A DNA stretch of 64,000 nucleotides, taken from Candidatus Latescibacterota bacterium (GTDB taxonomy: Bacteria > Latescibacterota > UBA2968 > UBA8231). Numbering within the stretch: the stretch's first letter is position 1; every line of letters starts with the position of its first letter. Under the pieces are notes generated by a model. It was not told the DNA's origin. It searched no databases and saw nothing but the letters and a program-made list of their open reading frames with translations. The position numbers were made by a program, and so were the translations under genes. This document shows, piece after piece, positions 18,559-27,107 of this stretch. The stretch is from assembly GCA_965203175.1 (NCBI GenBank), contig OZ241867.1, forward strand, positions 384,001-448,000, written 5' to 3'.

Positions 18559-19628
18559 TCAGAGGTTAGTCCTCTGTGAAGGATATTGACCGCAGCATTG
18601 ACGTCTCGGTCTAAGACCATACCACAGGCATAACAGTGATACATCCTCTGGTCTAGTCCTATTTTGTCTCGGGGTATGCTACCACACCCTGAGCACTGCT
18701 GCGTCGTATTGCGGGGATCTACTTTGATAACCCACCCACCAGCACTCTCAGCCTTGTAGGTCAGGCATTGCACAAAGAATCCCCATTGTTGCTCCAGTAT
18801 GGATCGGGATAGGTGTCTATTCTTCACCATATTGGGTATCTTCAGGTCTTCTACTATAAACCGGCAGCCGAACTCTTTGAGCAAAGCGCTAGTGAGCTCA
18901 TGTACTTTGCCCTGCTCGCGCTCTGTAACACGCTGCCATGCCTTAGCCAACCACCGCCGCTTCTTCTCCCTGTTGTTCGAGCCCTTCTTTGCCCTCGATA
19001 GGATACGTTGGCGGCGCTTGAGCTCTGTCCTGTCGACGACGTTCTTGGGCATTTTATGACCATTGGACAAAACAGCTCTATCCTTGATGCCTAAGTCGAT
19101 GCCCACAGGAGGACGTATGTCCAGCACGTCCGGCTCGGCGACCTCCATGACAAACTGGAGCTTAACGCGTCTCGGTGTGCGAACGACACGCACCACCTTG
19201 ACTTTGCCATCAGGAAGAGTTTCCCTAAAACGCAGACGACCGATGCCTTTGATAGAGAATGAGTAATACTTGCCCGACGATTTGATCTTCGCAGGCGTAG
19301 GATCCTCAAAGGAGTGGATGCCGGTGCGCCAGCTCTTGAAACGAGGATAACCGCCGCGCCTAAAGAAAGACTGATAAGCACGGTCTAAACGACGAAGGAT
19401 AGAGCGTTGTATCCTAGCAGGAAACCGACTCCATTGTGGCTCTTTACGGCGTTCCGTCAGCTTGGCTTGCTGCTGCAAGTACGTAACAGACCGCTCCTCT
19501 GTCTCCCAAGCCTGCTTGCGCTCAGCCAAGCTCTCATTATACAGCCAGCGAGACTGATTGAGAAAATCAGCCAAGTTAGCATGAGCACCACGGCTTAGGT
19601 AGGCTTTTCTAGTATAGGTGCGTAGCAC
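18480..19628 (-). CDS. tnpB: RNA-guided endonuclease TnpB (second, divergent)
   Basis: GYPRFK, GIDLG, IVEDL, CSGC/CYAC, DRDVNAAVNI. Confidence 0.93.
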   Translation of the reverse strand: MLRTYTRKAYLSRGAHANLADFLNQSRWLYNESLAERKQAWETEERSVTYLQQQAKLTERRKEPQWSRFPARIQRSILRRLDRAYQSFFRRGGYPRFKSWRTGIHSFEDPTPAKIKSSGKYYSFSIKGIGRLRFRETLPDGKVKVVRVVRTPRRVKLQFVMEVAEPDVLDIRPPVGIDLGIKDRAVLSNGHKMPKNVVDRTELKRRQRILSRAKKGSNNREKKRRWLAKAWQRVTEREQGKVHELTSALLKEFGCRFIVEDLKIPNMVKNRHLSRSILEQQWGFFVQCLTYKAESAGGWVIKVDPRNTTQQCSGCGSIPRDKIGLDQRMYHCYACGMVLDRDVNAAVNILHRGLTSDSAGIIAEMKGGYIPSGSVRRDDPTS

Positions 19629-19648
19629 GCTCTATCCTTGCTTAGTTA

Positions 19649-20128
19649 ACGTGAGTTCGGTATAAGGTGAGGGACTCCTTTTTGGCTAAATTTAGGTATG
19701 CCGTTCCTAAAACCCAGCCATCGAGGAGCCCTCGTGATGAATTTAGTTGAATTGTTTTGCCACGTCGATGATTTTTGCCAAGCCTTTGAAGTCGACTGGA
19801 TACGCCACCAGTTAACGACCGGCCATCGCCGGCGGCGGCGGACCGGTCGGCTGTGCCTGAGCGAGATTATGACACTGTTGATTTGGTTTCATCAGTCGCA
19901 CTACCGCACGTTCAAAGCCTTCTACCAGCACCATGTATGTATCCACCTACGCGGTGCGTTTCCGGGGTTGGTTAGCTATGGGCGCTTTGTCGAGCTAATC
20001 GAGCACACAAGGCATCGCAGCCTCGTCAACTTTATGGTCAATATCCTACGTGGACTGATTGCCTATTGTCATCAGCCTAAAAATCCAGCAACCGCTCCGA
20101 TTGCAAGCGGCTTAACCCGAACTCACGT
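19649..20128 (+). mobile_element. Internally deleted IS982 family element
   Basis: TIRs ACGTGAGTTCGG/CCGAACTCACGT; TAGTTA duplicated at 19643-19648 and 20129-20134; ORF fuses LFCHVDDFC...SYGRFVEL to IEHTRHRS, so the DDE core is missing. Confidence 0.88.
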
Positions 20129-20205
20129 TAGTTACGAATATAAGACCCCAAATTTTCCTACCTTTCTCCCGGCTCGTCCGCTCCGTTCCAAACGAGGAAT
20201 CCACC

Positions 20206-21042
20206 ATGTCCACAGATAGTACTCCCTTCCCCGCGTTGACCCCATCCCAACGCCTGCACCTCGAAATCTATGGCTACGTCATCCTCGAAAAACTCCTGAC
20301 CGAGGCCGAAATCGCCTCGCTCTTAGAGGTTATCTACCAGATTGAAGCCGACTTCCAGCGCACGGGCCAACTCCCCGGAGCAAACTGCCATTTGTCCAGT
20401 TCAACCCAGGAATTTTTCCGCATCGACAATCTCCCTCATCTATCCCCGTGTTTCTACGAATATCTAACCCATCCTAGAATTCTGGGAATGGCCGAGGAGA
20501 TCGTCGGCGGCACCGTCCGCCTGGAGCAGTCAGACGCCCACATCCGGCGTCCGGGTGGAGAGCAGAAGTATGGCTTCCATCGGGGCATCAATCCCGCATA
20601 TTCCCACACCGGCAACGGCCTCTATCACTTCTCCTTCGTCAAGGCCCTCACCAATCTCACCGATCTCGGCCCCGACGACGGCGGCACCACCGTCATCCCC
20701 GGAACGCACAAAATCCCCCAAGAAGTGGATCGCCAAGCGATCATCGACGCGGCCTTAGCCGACCCCGCGCTCGTTCACCAAGTCGAAGCACCGGCTGGAT
20801 CGACGCTGCTCTTTTACGAATCGCTGATGCACTCTTCCGGCATCATCCGCTCGCAGCGGGACCGCGTCTTAATTCTCGGCGGCTACACCCCGACGATGTT
20901 CCAAGCGTGGAACGGCTACGACCCCGATCCCGAATTCGTCGCCGGCTTACCCGCAGAACGGGCCGCCTTGCTCACCGGCGGGGACAAATACGGCTGGCAA
21001 CGCAAACTGCGCGATTTAGCCACACCCGCGGAGACCGTTTAA
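20206..21042 (+). CDS. Phytanoyl-CoA dioxygenase family protein (HxG variant)
   Basis: YGYVILE, LTD...GGTTVIPGTHK, AGSTLLF..LMH; FHRG in place of HxD. Confidence 0.85.
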   Translation: MSTDSTPFPALTPSQRLHLEIYGYVILEKLLTEAEIASLLEVIYQIEADFQRTGQLPGANCHLSSSTQEFFRIDNLPHLSPCFYEYLTHPRILGMAEEIVGGTVRLEQSDAHIRRPGGEQKYGFHRGINPAYSHTGNGLYHFSFVKALTNLTDLGPDDGGTTVIPGTHKIPQEVDRQAIIDAALADPALVHQVEAPAGSTLLFYESLMHSSGIIRSQRDRVLILGGYTPTMFQAWNGYDPDPEFVAGLPAERAALLTGGDKYGWQRKLRDLATPAETV

Positions 21043-22809
21043 ATGCCGAATAAATTGCCCATGCGATACGCAAGCCAAATGCGGATTTGGTTTTCTTGGC
21101 TTTGTTGCGCTTTGCTCCTAGCGTGCGGTGGCGCTGAAGACCAAGCGGAACAAGAGCCAAGTGTGCGGCAAGTCCCCCGCGACCGGACGCTGATCCTCGG
21201 GTTGACCCAGATGCTGGACTACGACGCCTTCAACCCCTTTATCCCCGGCATGGTATCCTCGACGGGATCCAATTTTCTCTTTGAGCCGCTCTATTACTAC
21301 AATGCCTATAGCGAAGAAAACAATCTCATCCCCTGGATCGCGGAAAGCCACCAATACAACGAGGATTACACCGAAGTCACCATCAAAATCCGCGACGGAG
21401 TCCAGTGGAGCGACGGCATGCCGTGGACGGCGCGCGACTTGGTCTTCACCATCAACATGCTCAAGGCCAACGCGCCGGAACTGCTGCTGTCCACCGATAT
21501 GCAAACTTGGGTCGCCGAGGCGGTGGCCGTGGACGAGTGGACGGCGCGCATCACATTGAAGGCATCCAATCCAAGATTTCTGTTTTCGTACTTCACCGAT
21601 TGTTTCGGCAATGGAGTCCGCATCGTCCCCGAGCACATCTGGCAAGACCAAGACGCCAAGACCTTCAAGAATCTCGACCTAGCCAAAGGCTGGCCGGTGG
21701 TCAGCGGGCCTTATCGCCTGGTGATTGCCGCTCCCGAACAGCGAGTTTGGGACCTGCGGCCGGACTGGTGGGCGGCCGGATTGGGATTCCAGCGGCTCCC
21801 CAAGGTGGAGCGCATCATCTACCTGCCCTTCGGCAGTGAAGCCAAGTGGTCCCAGCAACTCTTGGCCAACGAAATCGATTCGAGCATTGACTTGCGCCCC
21901 GTCAATATCAAGACCGTTCTCGAACAAAACCCCAACATCTCCACCTGGACGGGCAGGGAATCACCCTACGGCTATCTGGATTGGTGGCCGCTGTCCCTCG
22001 GTTTCAACAATCTCGAAGAGCCTTTCAGCGATCCGGAGATCCGCTGGGCCATCAACTATGCGATCAATCGCGCCCAAGTAGTTGACGTCGGTTGGCAGGG
22101 AGCGGGCAAGTTCACGCTCTATCCCTATCCCGAGTTTCCCCCGCTAATGCGCTACATCGACCAGATCCAAGATCTTCTCGCGCAATATCAGCTAAATACC
22201 TACGATCCGGCCCGCACGGCAGAGATCATGGAGCGCAAAGGATGGCACAAGGACGAAGATGGGTTTTGGAGCAAGAACGGGACGCGCTTCAAGATAGTGG
22301 TCGATGTTTTCCCCAACCTCTTCCAGGACTTCACGCCGGTGCTGATCGAACAATTGCGCCAGGCCGGTTTTGACGCCAGCTTCCGCGCCACCAACGACGC
22401 CTATACCCGCATGACCCAAGGCACGGCCCGGACCTTTGTGATCGGACACGCAGCTTCAGTGCGAGACCCTTATTTCACCCTGCGCCTCTACCACAGTCGC
22501 TTCGTACAGCCGACGGGGACGGCGGCCGAGTACTTCTGGCGTTGGAAAAATGAGGAATTCGACGCGATCGTCGACCGCATGGCCGAGGTCGCGCCAGACG
22601 ACCCCGAGCTAGTCGAGCTCTTCCGCCAGGCAATGGATATCTGGTTCCGCGAGCTGCCTTCGATCCCGCTGATCCAGTGGTATCACCGAATCCCCCACAA
22701 CGAAACCTATTGGAAAAACTGGCCCACGGCCGAAAACCCCTACGTCAACAGCGCCTACTGGCACCGCACTTGGCTGCTCGTTTTACTCAATTTGGAACCC
22801 ACGCGATAG
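21043..22809 (+). CDS. ABC transporter substrate-binding lipoprotein, family 5
   Basis: LLLAC lipobox, IRDGVQWSDG.PWTARD, SGPY, IRWAINYAINR; start may be 21079. Confidence 0.9.
   Translation: MPNKLPMRYASQMRIWFSWLCCALLLACGGAEDQAEQEPSVRQVPRDRTLILGLTQMLDYDAFNPFIPGMVSSTGSNFLFEPLYYYNAYSEENNLIPWIAESHQYNEDYTEVTIKIRDGVQWSDGMPWTARDLVFTINMLKANAPELLLSTDMQTWVAEAVAVDEWTARITLKASNPRFLFSYFTDCFGNGVRIVPEHIWQDQDAKTFKNLDLAKGWPVVSGPYRLVIAAPEQRVWDLRPDWWAAGLGFQRLPKVERIIYLPFGSEAKWSQQLLANEIDSSIDLRPVNIKTVLEQNPNISTWTGRESPYGYLDWWPLSLGFNNLEEPFSDPEIRWAINYAINRAQVVDVGWQGAGKFTLYPYPEFPPLMRYIDQIQDLLAQYQLNTYDPARTAEIMERKGWHKDEDGFWSKNGTRFKIVVDVFPNLFQDFTPVLIEQLRQAGFDASFRATNDAYTRMTQGTARTFVIGHAASVRDPYFTLRLYHSRFVQPTGTAAEYFWRWKNEEFDAIVDRMAEVAPDDPELVELFRQAMDIWFRELPSIPLIQWYHRIPHNETYWKNWPTAENPYVNSAYWHRTWLLVLLNLEPTR
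22746..22809 (+). repeat. Left copy of a 64-bp imperfect direct repeat (functional 3' end of the SBP gene)
   Basis: First 24 bp identical to 24794-24817; the rest differs mostly at synonymous positions. Confidence 0.9.
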
Positions 22810-22948
22810 GGGTTGGATGTTCAGCATTGTCTTACCTAGCGACCATTACCCGAACCAATTTTTGGGTACAAGCAGTTAAGTGCAATCGCAGATTTTCCCA
22901 TCCCAAGGCGGCCCGTCCTAGTCCGCCCATGAAACTGGAACTTCCATT

Positions 22949-24766
22949 ATGATTATTGGCCGTAGATTTCAAAGCTATTTCCGCGTACTCAAGTTAGTGT
23001 GGGAAGCCAAGCCTTCGTATATGGTTCTCGCGATTCTTCTTACTGTGATCAGTGCGGCTGTGCTGCCTGCTCAGATTTGGTTATCGAAAGTCATTGTCGA
23101 TCGCATAAGTGAAATTCTTCAAGTATCCTCACAAGCTCGGGTGGTCGATTGGTATGCGCTTCTCGTTCCCATAGGTGCTATTTTCATTGTATGGGCAGTG
23201 GGAGGAACGTGTCAATCATTGAGTACCGAAGCAAGCATGTTTGTCAGCCTGCATTTCCGAAATTATGCGGAGTTTCTTGTCCTCAAGAAGGCTACAGAAC
23301 TGGATGTCGCCTTCTTTGAGACGCCGATGTTTTACGATAAAATGGAGAATGCCCTCAAAAACATTCCAAAGGCTCACAACTTGGCGTGGAGTTCCCTGAG
23401 CTTCTTGGGGTCTCTTCTTTCTTTAAGTGCTGTTCTCGCCCTCCTGCTCAAGCTGCATCCATTAGCAATTGTCGTTCTCCTTCTCACCTCTGCTCCACAA
23501 GCTATCGTCTTGGCTTATTATGCAAACCGGTGGTACCGTATAGAGAACAGCCGTGTGCCGGCAAGACGGATGGCTGCGTATCTTTCGAGTCTGCTGAAAT
23601 CCCGGGATGCCGTAAAAGAAATCCGTGTGTTCGGCCTTGGTAAACCCTTTCTGAGGCGCTTCCGAGAGTTCTGGCAGCAATACTTCGCCGCAGAAAAACG
23701 GGTACGGCTTTCAAAGGAACGCGCGAATGCTTTTTTAGGTCTCGCATCCAGCGCTGGAACCGCGGGTATTTGGATATATGCAGTGGTACAGGCTATCTGG
23801 AGGACTATCACCATTGGAGACGTCGTATTGGTTTTTCAGGCTGCGGAGCGGAGCCGAAGCATGTTGGAGTCCTTTTTCCGGACGACAGGCCGTCTCTACG
23901 AGGACACGCTTTTCGCAGAAAATCTTCTATCCTTTTTGGATCTGTCGCCGGATTCGGTGGAAGGTGCTTTGTCGCGAGGGAATCGATCGCAGCTTCGCGT
24001 TCCAAGGCCAATCCAGCAAGGCATTGAGTTTCGGAATGTCTCATTTCATTATCCACGCTCAGACCGACTTGTCCTTAAAAATCTATCCTTTACACTCAGG
24101 CCAGAAGAGACAATAGCTGTGGTAGGTGAAAACGGTGCGGGAAAAACGACATTGGTAAAACTTCTATCTCGTTTTTACGATCCATCTGAAGGAGTTATCC
24201 TTCTCGATGGAAAGGAGTTGCGCGAATACGATCTGGAGGATTTGCGGCGTCAAATTGGAGTAATCTTCCAAGATTTCATACGCTACGATCTCACGGTAAA
24301 AGAGAATATTGGTTTGGGCCAGATCGAGCATGTAGATAATATGAATCGCATTGTCTGCGCCTCTGAACAGGGAGGAACTAGGTCCATTATTGCTGGACTA
24401 CCCAAAGGATTCGACACCGTTTTGGGACGCACCTTTGAGGAAGGGGTGGATCTATCCGGCGGGGAGTGGCAAAGATTAGCTTTGAGCAGAGCGTTTATGC
24501 GGGATGCGCAGATTCTGATTCTTGATGAGCCAACCGCTGCGTTGGATGCTTTCGCAGAGTATGATATCTACGAACGATTTGCAGAACTTACCGTCGGGAA
24601 AATGACTATTTTTATTTCTCATCGATTCTCAGCAGTTCGCATGGCAAGTCATATTCTCGTCCTGCAAAATGGAGAATTGATAGAAGAAGGCTCTCACGAT
24701 GGACTGATGCGCGAAGATGGCCAATATGCCCGAATGTTCAATACACAGGCAGAACGATACAGATAG
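22949..24766 (+). CDS. ABC exporter, fused TMD-NBD, lower GC
   Basis: N-terminal TM helices, GENGAGKT, LSGGEWQR, LILDEPT, ISHR. Confidence 0.92.
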   Translation: MIIGRRFQSYFRVLKLVWEAKPSYMVLAILLTVISAAVLPAQIWLSKVIVDRISEILQVSSQARVVDWYALLVPIGAIFIVWAVGGTCQSLSTEASMFVSLHFRNYAEFLVLKKATELDVAFFETPMFYDKMENALKNIPKAHNLAWSSLSFLGSLLSLSAVLALLLKLHPLAIVVLLLTSAPQAIVLAYYANRWYRIENSRVPARRMAAYLSSLLKSRDAVKEIRVFGLGKPFLRRFREFWQQYFAAEKRVRLSKERANAFLGLASSAGTAGIWIYAVVQAIWRTITIGDVVLVFQAAERSRSMLESFFRTTGRLYEDTLFAENLLSFLDLSPDSVEGALSRGNRSQLRVPRPIQQGIEFRNVSFHYPRSDRLVLKNLSFTLRPEETIAVVGENGAGKTTLVKLLSRFYDPSEGVILLDGKELREYDLEDLRRQIGVIFQDFIRYDLTVKENIGLGQIEHVDNMNRIVCASEQGGTRSIIAGLPKGFDTVLGRTFEEGVDLSGGEWQRLALSRAFMRDAQILILDEPTAALDAFAEYDIYERFAELTVGKMTIFISHRFSAVRMASHILVLQNGELIEEGSHDGLMREDGQYARMFNTQAERYR

Positions 24767-24793
24767 GATTGACAAGAAAAGCCTTCCTATCTG

Positions 24794-24857
24794 CAACAGC
24801 GCCTACTGGCACCGCACCTAGCTACTTGTCTTACGCAACCTAGAACCCACATAATAA
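24794..24857 (+). pseudogene. Displaced, decayed 3' end of the SBP gene (right repeat copy)
   Basis: Translates NSAYWHRT*LLVLRNLEPT** versus NSAYWHRTWLLVLLNLEPTR*. Confidence 0.9.
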
Positions 24858-24899
24858 AGGATCGCAAATTCGACTCCACACCAACGAAAGGAATCACCC

Positions 24900-25970
24900 A
24901 TGCAGAAATCCGATCCATTTGAACAAGGTCTCGCAGCCGGTGAGGCCGCGGCTTCTGCCGCCGGAGACGCATCACAAACATCGGCCAACGGCGGGCGCAT
25001 GTACGTGCGCACCCAGAGTTTTGGATCAACCGATGCCGAGTTGCGCTTTTTGCAGCGCTGTGGCGTGCGCCACAAGGCCGCCAACTTTCCCTTCCACCCC
25101 GACCGTGGCTGGGATCTCGACGAGTTGATCCAGGAAAGAGAGCACCACGAGACCTTCGGGCTGACACTGGATATGAGCCTGCTACCCATATATCAGCACT
25201 TGCCCAACATCATCTATTTTGGCAAAAGCCCAGAGCGCGACCGGGAAATTGACCTCGTGTGCGAAATGATCCGTACCGCCTCGCGCGCCGGCATCGATTC
25301 TCTGCGCTATAACACCTGCATTCTGCCCATCGACCGCACTGAACGAGAAGAAGGCCGCGGCGGCTACGTCCACACGGCGTTCCGCCTCGACAAGGTCCCG
25401 GCAGAAGAACAGGCCAAGCTGACCGAAGCCGGGCGCGTCACCGCGGACATGCACTGGGAGCGCATTGAGTATCTGCTCGAACGCATGATTCCGGTGGCAG
25501 AAGAATTCAAGGTTCGCATGGGCAATTCCCAGGAAGACCCTGCCACACCCCCCGGTTATAAGGGCGTTGACAAAGTCCTCAATGACTTTGAGGGCATGAA
25601 GCGTTTCATCGAGATTCAGCGCAGTCCGTGTAACGGCTGGAACTTCTGCGTCGGCTCCATCGCCGAAGGGCTCGAAGATCCGGCTAGTGAAATCTACCCC
25701 ATCATAGAATACTTTGGCAGCCGCAATACGATCTTCCTCGTTCACTATCGCAACCTCCTCGGGGGGCTCTACAGCTTCCGCGAGGCGCTGCCCGACGAAG
25801 GCGATATGGACTTTCACCGGGTATTAAAGGGCCTTAAGGACACCGGCTACTGTTACGGCATTGATCCCGACCACGTCCCGCGCACCGACGACGATCCGAA
25901 GGGCCATTATCAGTCCTATGCGTACTGCTTCGGCTACATCAATGCCATGATTCAGGCGGTCTACGGTTAA
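24900..25970 (+). CDS. uxuA: Mannonate dehydratase-like protein, copy 1
   Basis: RDREID, GRGG, IPVAEEFKVRM, NFCVGS, VHYRN, PDEGDMD, PDHVP, GYINAM. Confidence 0.75.
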   Translation: MQKSDPFEQGLAAGEAAASAAGDASQTSANGGRMYVRTQSFGSTDAELRFLQRCGVRHKAANFPFHPDRGWDLDELIQEREHHETFGLTLDMSLLPIYQHLPNIIYFGKSPERDREIDLVCEMIRTASRAGIDSLRYNTCILPIDRTEREEGRGGYVHTAFRLDKVPAEEQAKLTEAGRVTADMHWERIEYLLERMIPVAEEFKVRMGNSQEDPATPPGYKGVDKVLNDFEGMKRFIEIQRSPCNGWNFCVGSIAEGLEDPASEIYPIIEYFGSRNTIFLVHYRNLLGGLYSFREALPDEGDMDFHRVLKGLKDTGYCYGIDPDHVPRTDDDPKGHYQSYAYCFGYINAMIQAVYG

Positions 25971-25993
25971 TCCATATTGTAAAGGAATCACCC

Positions 25994-27064
25994 ATGAAGA
26001 CATCCGATCCATTTGAAAAGGGCCTCGCAGCCGGTGAGGCCGCGGCTTCTGCCGCCGGAGGCGCATCGCAAACATCAGCCAACGGCGGGCGCATGTACGT
26101 GCGCACACAGAATTTTGGATCAACCGATGCCGAGTTGCGCTTTTTGCAGCGCTGTGGCGTGCGCCACAAAGCCGCCAACTTTCCCTTCCACCCCGACCGC
26201 GGCTGGGATCTCGACGAGTTGATCCAGGAAAGAGAGCACCACGAGGCCTTCGGCCTGACACTGGATATGAGCTCGCTACCCATATATGAGCAATTTCCCA
26301 ACATCATCTATTTTGGCAAAAGCCCAGAGCGCGACCGGGAAATTGACCTCGTGTGCGAAATGATCCGCACCGCTGCGCGCGCCGGCATCGATTCTCTGCG
26401 CTATAACACCTGCATCCTGCCCATCGACCGCACCGAAGAAGAAGAAGGCCGCGGCGGCTACGTCCACACGGCGTTCCGCCTCGACAAGGTCCCGGCAGAA
26501 GAACAGGCCAAGCTGACCGAAGCCGGGCGCGTCACCGCCGACATGCACTGGGAGCGCATCGAGTATCTGCTCGAACGCATGATTCCAGTGGCAGAAGAAT
26601 TCAAGGTTCGCATGGGCAATTCCCAGGAAGACCCTGCCACACCCCCCGGTTATAAGGGCGTTGACAAAGTCCTCAATGACTTTGAGGGCATGAAGCGTTT
26701 CATCGAGATTCAGCGCAGTCCGTATAACGGCTGGAACTTCTGCGTCGGCTCCATCGCCGAAGGACTTGAAGATTCGGCCAGTGAAATCTACCCCATCATA
26801 GAATACTTTGGCAGCCGCGATACGATCTTCCTGGTTCACTATCGCAACCTCCTCGGGGGGCTCTACAGCTTCCGCGAGGCGCTGCCCGATGAAGGCGATA
26901 TGGACTTCCACCGGGTATTAAAGGCCCTCAAGGACACCGGCTACTGTTACGGCATTGATCCCGACCACGTCCCGCACACCGACGACGATCCAATGGGCGA
27001 CTATCAGTCCTATGCTTACTGCTTCGGCTACATCAATGCCATGATTCAGGCGGTCTACGGTTAA
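25994..27064 (+). CDS. uxuA: Mannonate dehydratase-like protein, copy 2 (tandem, about 95% aa identical)
   Basis: Same motifs and same RBS AAAGGAATCACCC as copy 1. Confidence 0.75.
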   Translation: MKTSDPFEKGLAAGEAAASAAGGASQTSANGGRMYVRTQNFGSTDAELRFLQRCGVRHKAANFPFHPDRGWDLDELIQEREHHEAFGLTLDMSSLPIYEQFPNIIYFGKSPERDREIDLVCEMIRTAARAGIDSLRYNTCILPIDRTEEEEGRGGYVHTAFRLDKVPAEEQAKLTEAGRVTADMHWERIEYLLERMIPVAEEFKVRMGNSQEDPATPPGYKGVDKVLNDFEGMKRFIEIQRSPYNGWNFCVGSIAEGLEDSASEIYPIIEYFGSRDTIFLVHYRNLLGGLYSFREALPDEGDMDFHRVLKALKDTGYCYGIDPDHVPHTDDDPMGDYQSYAYCFGYINAMIQAVYG

Positions 27065-27107
27065 TCCATATGTAACGCGCAGGCAACTTCAGGAGGAGGT
27101 CACTCGC

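Noticed and set aside
16316-19628. CRISPR-associated Cas12f/type V locus
   Set aside because: No repeat-spacer array or cas genes lie near either TnpB, and the proteins and ends fit IS-encoded TnpB.
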